A stretch of 64,000 bases of DNA from assembly GCA_964016885.1 (NCBI GenBank), contig OZ024743.1, positions 133,114,001 through 133,178,000 on the forward strand, read 5' to 3'. Under the pieces are notes generated by a model. That model searched no databases. It was not told where the DNA came from and worked only from the letters and a program-made list of their open reading frames with translations. The stretch comes from Eledone cirrhosa (lineage: Eukaryota). How positions within the stretch are numbered: position 1 is the stretch's first letter; every line of letters starts with the position of its first letter. Positions 55,901-64,000 of the stretch are shown here, piece by piece. Position numbers and translations under genes: made by a program.

Positions 55901-58900
55901 CACCAAGCACCAAGCACCGAATCCCAAGCACCAAACACCAAGCACCAAGCACCAAGCACCAAGCACCAAGCACCAAACACCAATCACCAAGCCCGAAGCA
56001 CCAAACACGAAGCACCTAGCACCAAACACCAAACACCAAGCACCATGCACACAGAACCAAGCACCAAGCACCAAACACCAAACACCAAGCACCAAGCACC
56101 AATCACCAAACACCAAGCACCAAACACCAAGCACCAAGCACCAAACACCATACACCAAGCACCAAGCACCAAACACCAAAAACCAATCACCAAGCACCAA
56201 AGAGCAAACACCAAGCCCCAAGCACCAAACACCAAACACCAAACACCAAACAGCAAACACTAAACACCAAACACCAAACAGCAAACACAAAACACCAAAT
56301 AGCAAACACCAAACACCAACCAGTAAACACCAAACAGCAAACACCAAACAGCAAACGCCAAACAGCAAACATAAACACCAAACACCAAACACCAAGCACC
56401 AAGCACCAAGCACAAAACACCAAGCAACAAGCGCCAAGCACCAAACGCCAAACACCAAACACCAAACAGCAAACACCAATCACCAAACACCAAACACCAA
56501 ACACCAAACAGCAAACACGAAACAGCAAACACCAAACAGTAAACACCAAACAGCAAACACCAAACAGCAAACACCAAACACCAAACACCAAACACCAAGC
56601 ACCAAGCACCAAACACCAAGCACCAAGCAACAAGCACCAATCACCAAGCACCAAGCACTAAACACCAAAATCCTAGCACCAAGCACCAAGCACCAAACAC
56701 CAAGCACCAAGCACCAAGCACCAAGCACCAAACACCAAGCACCAAAGACCAAGCCCCAAATACCAAGCACCAAGCACCAAACACCAGTCACCAGGCACCA
56801 AGCACCAAACACCAACAACCAAGCACCAAGCACTAAACACCAAACACCAAGCACCAAGCACCAAACACCAAACACCAAGCACCAAGTACCAAACTCCAAA
56901 CACCAAACACCAAGCACCAAGCACCAAATCCCAAGCACCAAACACCAAGCACCAATCACCAAACACCAAACACCAAGCACCAAGCACCAAACACCCAAAA
57001 CCAAGCACCAAGCACCAAGCACCAAACACCAAACACTGAACACCAAGTACCAAGCACCAAACACCAAGCACCAAGCGCCAAAGACCAAACACCAAGCACC
57101 AAGCACGAAACACCAAGCACCAAGCACCGAGCACCAAACACCAAGTACCAGGCACCAATCAACAAACACCAAGCACCAAGCACCAAATACCAGACAGCAA
57201 GCACCAAGCACCAAACACCAAACACCAAGCACCAAGCACCAAACACCAAGCACCAAGCGCCAAACACCAAACACCAAGCACCAAGCACCAAACACCAAGC
57301 ACCAACCACCAAGCACCAAACACCAAGCACCAAGCACCAAACACCAAGCACCAATCACCAAACAGCAAACACCAAGCACCAAACACCAAACACCAAGCAC
57401 CTAGCACCAAACACCAAGCACCAAGCACCAAACACCAGGCACCAAGCACCAAACACCAAAAACCAATCACCAAGCACCAAAGAGCAAACACCAAGCCCCA
57501 AACACCAAACACCAAACACCAATCACCAAATAGCAAACACTAAACACCAAACACCAAACAGCAAACACAAAACACCAAATAGCAAATACCAAACAGCAAA
57601 CACCAAACACCAAACAGCAAACACCAAACACCAACCAGGAAACACCAAACACCAAGCACCAAACACCAAGCACCAAGCCCCAAGCACCAAACACCAAGCA
57701 CCAAGCACCAAACACCAAGCACCAAGCACCATGCACCAAACACCAAGCACCAAGCACCAAACAGCAAACACCAAACAGCAAACACCAAACACCAAACACC
57801 AACCAGCAAACACCAAGCACCAAACACCAAACACCAAGCACCAAGCACCAAACACCAAACACCAAGCACCAAGCACCACACACCAAATACCAAGCACCAA
57901 GCACTAAACACCAAACACCAAGCACCAAGCACCAAGCATCAAGCACCAAGCACCAAACACCAACCACCAAGCACCAAGCACCAAACACAAAACAACAAGT
58001 ACCAAGCACCAAACACCAAACACCAAACACCAAACACCGAGCACCAAGCACCAGACACCAAACACCAAGCAGCAAGCACCAAGCACCAAAAACCAAGCAC
58101 CAAGCTCCAAGCACAAAACACCAAGCACCAACCACCAAGCACCAAACACCAAGCACCAGGCACCAAGCACCAAGCACCAAGCACCAAACACCAAGCACCA
58201 AGCACCAAACAGCAAACACCAAGCACCAAACACCAAACACCAAGCACCAAGCAACAAACACCAAACACCAAGCACCAAACACCAAGCACCAAGCCCCAAG
58301 CACCAAACACCAAGCACCAAGCACCAAACACCAAGCACCAAGCACCAAGCACCATGCACCAAACACCAAGCACCAAGCACCAAACAGCAAACACCAAACA
58401 GCAAACACCAAACAGCAAACACCAAACAGCAAACACCAAACACCAAACACCAAACAGCAAACGCCAAAAAGCAAACGCCAAACTCCAAACGCCAAACAGC
58501 AAATGCCAAACCCCAAACGCCAAACAGCAAACGCCAAGCACCAAACACCAAACACCAAGCGCCAAGCACCAAACACCAAACACCGAGCACCAAGCACCAA
58601 ACACCAAACACCAAGCACCAAGTACCAAACACCAAACACCAAGCACCAAACACCAAAGAGCAAACGCAAAAAAGCAAACGCCAAACCCCATACGCCAAAC
58701 AGCAAATGCCAAACCCCAAACGCCAAACAGCAAACGCCAAGCACCAAACACCAAACACCAAGCACCAAGCGCCAAACACCAAGCACCAAGCACCAAGCAC
58801 CAAACACCAAACACCAAGCACCAATCACCAAACACCAAACACCAAGCGCCAAACACCAAACACCAAACACCTAGCACCAATCACCAATCACCAAACACCA

Positions 58901-61900
58901 AGCACCAAACACCAAGCACCAAGCACCAAGCACCAAGCACCAAGCACCAAACACCAATCACCAAGCCCCAAGCACCAAACACCAAGCACCCAGCACCAAA
59001 CACCAAACACCAAGCACCAAGCACCCAGAACAAAGCACCAAGCACCAAACACCAAGCACCAAGCACCAAGCACCAAGCACCAAACACCAATCACCAAGCC
59101 CCAAACACCAAACACCAAGCACCAAGCACCCAGAACCAAGCACCAAGCACCAAACACCAAACACCAAGCACCAAGCACCAAACACCAAACACCAAGCACC
59201 AACACCAAGCACCAAGCACCAAACACCATACACCAAGCACCAAGGACCAAACACCAAAAACCAATCACCAAGCACCAAAGAGCAAACACCAAGCCCCAAG
59301 CACCAAACACCAAACACCAAACACCAAATAGCAAACACTAAACACCAAACACCAAACAGCAAACACAAAACACCAAATAGCAAACACCAAACAGCAAACA
59401 CCAAACACCAAACAGCAAACACCAAACACCAACCAGGAAACACCAACCAGGAAACACCAAACACCAAGCACCAAGCCCCAAGCACCAAATACCAAGCACC
59501 AAGCACCAAACACCAAGCACCATGCACCAAGCACCATGCACCAAACACCAAGCACCAAGCACCAAACAGCAAACACCAAACAGTAAACACCAAACACCAA
59601 ACACCAACCAGCAAACACCAAACACCAAACACCAAACAGCAAACACCAAACAGCAAACACCAAACAGCAAACACCAAACACCAAACACCAAACAGCAAAC
59701 GCCAAAAAGCAAACGCCAAACTCCAAACGCCAAACAGCAAACGCCAAGGACCAAACACCAAACACCAAGCGCCAAGCACCAAACACCAAACACCAAGCAC
59801 CAAGTACCACACATCAAACACCGAGCACCAAACACCAAACACCAAGCACCAAGCAGCAAACATAAAGCACCAATCACCAAGCACCGAGCACCAAGCACCA
59901 AGCACCAAGCACCAAACACCAAGCACCAAACACTAAACACCAAGCACCAAGCACCAATCACCAAACACCAAGCACCAAGCACCAAACACCAAACAGCAAG
60001 CACCAAGCACCAAACACCAAACACCAAGTACCAAGCCCAAAGCACCAAACACCAAGCACCTAGCAGCAAGCCCCAAACACCAAACACCAAGCACCAAGCA
60101 CCAAGCACCAAGCACCAAGCACCAAGCACCAAGGACCAAACACCAATCACCAAGCCCCAAGCACCAAACACCAAGCACCAAGCACCAAACACCAAACACC
60201 AAGCACCAAGCACCCAGAACCAAGCACCAAGCACCAAACACCAAACACCAACCACCAAGCACCAAACACCAAACACCAAGCACCAAGCACCTAGCACCAA
60301 GCACCAAACACCAAACACCAAACACCAAACACCAAGGACCAATCACCAAACACCAAGCACCAAGCACCAAACACCAAACACCAAACACCTAGCACCAAGC
60401 ACCAAGCACCAAACACCAAGCACCAAACACCAAGCACCAAGCACCAAGCACCAAGCACCAAACACCAATCACCAAGCCCCAAGCACCAAACACCAAGCAC
60501 CCAGCACCATACACCAAACACCAAGCACCAAGCACCCAGAACAAAGCACCAAGCACCAAACACCAAACACCAAGCTCCAAGCACCAAACACCAAACACGA
60601 AGCACCATGCACCAAGCACCAAGCACCAAACACCAAACACCAAGCACCAAGCACCAAACACCAAACACCAAGCACCAATCACCATACACCAAGCACCAAG
60701 CACCAAACACCAAACACCAAGCACCAATCACCATACACCTAGCACCAAGCACCAAGCACCAAACACCAAGCACCAAACACCAAGCACCATGCACCAAGCA
60801 CCAAGCACCAAGCACCAAACACCAATCACCAAGCCCCAAGCACCAAACACCAAGCACCAAGCACCAAACACCAAACACCAAGCACCAAGCACCCAGAACC
60901 AAGCACCAAGCACCAAACACCAAACACAAAGCACCAAGCACCAAACACCAAACACCAAGCACCAAGCACCAAGCACCAAGTACCAAACACCATACACCAA
61001 GCACCAAGCACCAAACACCAAAAACCAATCACCAAGCACCAAAGAGCAAACACCAAGCCCCAAGCACCAAACAACAAACACCAAACACCAAAAAGCAAAC
61101 ACTAAACACAAAACACCAAACAGCAAACACAAAACACCAAATAGCAAACACCAAACACCAACCAGGAAACACCAAACAGCAAACACCAAACAGCAAACGC
61201 CAAACAGCAAACACAAACACCAAACACCAAGCACCAAGCACCAAGCACAAAACACCAAGCACCAAGCGCCAAGCACCAAACACCAAACACCAAACCCCAA
61301 ACAGCAAACACCAATCACCAAACACCAGACACCAAACACCAAACAGCAAACACCAAACACCAAACAGCAAACACCAAACACCAAACACCAAACAGCAAAC
61401 ACGAAACAGCAAACACCAAACAGCAAACACCAAACAGCAAACACTCAAACAGCAAACAGCAAACACCAAACTCCAAACACCAAGCACCAAGCACCAAGCA
61501 CCAAGCACCAAGCAACAAGCACCAATCACCAAGCACCAAGCACTAAACACCAAACAGCTAGCACCAAGCACCAAGCACCAAACACCAAGCACCAAGCACC
61601 AAGCACCAAACACCAAGCACCAAAGACCAAGCCCCAAATACCAAGCACCAAGCACCAAACACTAATCACCAGGGACCAAGCACCAAACACCAAGAACCAA
61701 GCACCAAGCACTAAACACCAAACACCAAGCACCAAGCACCAAACACCAAACACCAAGCACCAAGTACCAAACTCCAAACACCAAACACCAAGCACCAAGC
61801 ACCAAATCCCAAGCACCAAACACCAAGCACCAATCACCAAACACCAAACACCAAGCGCCAAGCACCAAACACCAAGCACCAAGCACGAAACACCAAGCAC

Positions 61901-64000
61901 CAAGCACCGAGCACCAAACACCAAGTACCAAGCACCAATCACCAAACACCAAGCACCAAGCACCAAACACCAAACAGCAAGCACCAAGCCCCAAGCACCA
62001 AACATAAAACAACAAGTACCAAGCACCAAACACCAAACACCAAACACCAAACACCAAGCACAAAGCACCAAACACCAAACACCAAGCACCAAGCACCAGA
62101 CACCAAGCACCAAGCACCAAGCACCAAGCACCAAAAACCAAGCACCAAGCTCCAAGGACCAAACACCAAGCACCAAACACCAAACACAAAGCACCAAGCA
62201 CCAAACACCAAACACCAAGCACCAAGCACCAAACACCATACACCAAGCACCAATCACCAAACACCAAGCACCAAGCGCCAAGCACCAAACACCAAACACC
62301 TAGCACCAAGCACCAAGCACCGAACACCAAGCACCAAATACCAAGCACCAAGCACCAAGCACCAAGCACCAAACACCAATCACCAAGCCCCAAGCACCAA
62401 ACACCAAGCACCAAGACCCAAACACCAAACACCAAGCACCATGCACCCAGAACCAAGCACCAAGCACCAAACACCAAACACCAAGCACCAAGCACCAAAC
62501 ACCAAACACCAAGCACCAAGCACCAAACACTATACACCAAGCACCAAGCACCAAACACCAAAAACCAATCACCAAGCACCAAAGAGCAAACACCAAGCCC
62601 CAAGCACCAAACACCAAACACCAAACACCAAAAAGCAAACACTAAACACAAAACACCAAACAGCAAACACCAAACACCAAATAGCAAACAGCAAACACCA
62701 AACACCAAACAGCAAACACCAAACAGCAAACGCCAAACAGCAAACACAAACACCAAACACCAAACACCAAGCACCAAGCACCAAGCACAAAACACCAAGC
62801 ACCAAGCGCCAAACACCAAACACCAAACACCAAACAGCAAACACCAATCACCAAACACCAGACACAAAAACACCAAACAGCAAACACCAAACACCAAACA
62901 GCAAACACCAAACACCAAACACCAAACAGCAAACACCAAACAGCAAACACCAAACAGCAAACACCAAACAGCAAACACCAAACAGCAAACAGCAAACACC
63001 AAACTCCAAACACAAAGCACCAAGCACCAAACACCAAGCACCAAGCAACAAGCACCAATCACCAAGCACCAAGCACTAAACACCAAACACCTAGCACCAA
63101 GCAACAAGCACCAAACACCAAGCACCAAGCACCAAGCACCAAACACCAAGCACCAAAGACCAAGCCCCAAATACCAAGCACCAAGCACCAAACACTAATC
63201 ACCAGGGACCAAGCACCAAACACCAAGAACCAAGCACCAAGCACTAAACACCAAACACCAAGCACCAAACACCAAACACCAAGCACCAAGTACCAAACTC
63301 CAAACACCAAACACCAAGCACCAAGCACCAAATCCCAAGCACCAAACACCAAGCACCAATCACCAAACACCAAACACCAAGCGCCAAGCACCAAACACCA
63401 AGCACCAAGCACGAAACACCAAGCACCAAGCACCGAGCACCAAACACCAAGTACCAAGCACCAATCACCAAACACCAACCACCAAGCACCAAACACCAAA
63501 CAGCAAGCACCAAGCACCAAGCACCAAACATAAAACAACAAGTACCAAGCACCAAACACCAAACACCAAACACCAAACACCAAGCACAAAGCACCAAACA
63601 CCAAACACCAAGCACCAAGCACCAGACACCAAGCACCAAGCACCAAGCACCAAGCCCCAAATACCAAGCACCAAGCTCCAAGGACCAAACACCAAGCACC
63701 AAACACCAAACACAAAGCACCAAGCACCAAACACCAAACACCAAGCACCAAGCACCAAACACCAAACACCAAGCACCAATCACCAAACACCAAGCACCAA
63801 GCGCCAAACACCAAACACCAAACACCTACCACCAAGCACCAAGCACCGAACACCAAGCACCAAACACCAAGCACCAAGCACCAAACACCAAGCACCAAGA
63901 CCCAAACACCAAACACCAAGCACCATGCACCCAGAACCAAGCACCAAGCACCAAACACCAAACACCAAGCACCAAGCACCAAACACCAAACACCAAGCAC
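49950..64000. repeat. Right diverged satellite domain with its own ~1.5-3 kb higher-order repeats
   Basis: Domain-specific marker CACTAATCACCAGGGACC at 50953, 52653, 55180, 61660, 63193; also CACCAAC-CAGGAAA and GACCAAG-CCCCAAA-TACCAAG. ORF-track offsets 1700, 2380, ~2990 and 1526-1533. Confidence 0.8.
50023..50250. repeat. 126-bp (18 heptamer) tandem duplication of a shortened cassette variant
   Basis: CCGCAAA CGCCAAA AAGCAAA CGCCAAA CTCCAAA CGCCAAA CAACAAA CGCCAAG GACCAAA at 50023 and 50149. Confidence 0.85.

Larger units (their letters stand above)
1..64000. repeat. Heptameric satellite array (CACCAAR)n / (YTTGGTG)n, running off both window ends
   Basis: Every line parses into 7-bp units: CACCAAA and CACCAAG dominate, with variants such as CAGCAAA, CGCCAAR, CACCAAT, TACCAAR, CCCCAAG, CACCTAG, CACTAAA, CTCCAAR, CACGAAR. 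No inversion or non-repeat insert seen. The + strand is almost T-free. Confidence 0.99.

Noticed and set aside
5692-59760. The 84-bp cassette as a CRISPR-like repeat with spacers
   Set aside because: Intervening sequence is the same satellite, is itself duplicated and varies from 0 to several kb; no palindrome, leader or cas genes.
108-63079. Long + strand ORFs (e.g. 7932..10655, 23485..26493, 27627..31412, 32883..38411) as mucin-like or heptad-repeat proteins
   Set aside because: They are open only because the strand lacks T. All three frames give the same peptide, stop-creating variants (CACTAAA, CACCTAG) are freely propagated, indels are multiples of 7 rather than 3, and there is no unique domain or signal peptide.
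127-64000. Minus-strand hydrophobic WCLV-repeat ORFs as membrane proteins
   Set aside because: Pure translation of (YTTGGTG)n overlapping in all frames, with starts on TTG/GTG codons inherent to the repeat.
1-64000. Canonical telomerase-synthesised telomere
   Set aside because: The motif is not a telomere repeat I recognise, and ordered multi-kb inherited variant patterns indicate DNA-templated duplication. A telomere-associated origin is kept only as a hypothesis.
1-64000. Bacterial short tandem heptamer repeats (cyanobacterial STRR-type)
   Set aside because: Those are short intergenic tracts among genes with different consensus sequences; a gene-free array of 64 kb or more does not fit.
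1-64000. Pure sequencing or amplification artefact
   Set aside because: Consistent phase, nested duplications with private shared variants and paralog-specific substitutions argue for real evolved DNA. Individual near-identical duplications still need read-level validation.

Overview
The whole 64 kb window is one uninterrupted, single-orientation tandem array of a 7-bp unit, consensus CACCAAR (CACCAAA/CACCAAG; minus strand YTTGGTG), about 9,100 units. I find no unique-sequence DNA, credible gene, RNA gene, transposon or CRISPR array. All ORFs in the track are translations of the repeat (KHQAPST/KHQTPNT on +, WCLVLGA/WCLVFGV on -). The array is nevertheless strongly structured: rare variant heptamers act as inherited landmarks and reveal nested higher-order repeats. 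These comprise 14- and 28-bp sub-periods, an 84-bp CpG-rich cassette, a 462-bp module, 1813/1820-bp, 4149-bp and 5151-5193-bp tandem duplications, and an 11-13 kb block duplicated 25-27 kb away. A homogeneous core (~8.7-50 kb) lies between two more diverged flanks that share variants absent from the core, which suggests layered expansion. It is most likely a eukaryotic satellite (centromeric, heterochromatic or subtelomeric); organism and function cannot be determined from the sequence alone. All coordinates and offsets were read by eye, so block boundaries are approximate.
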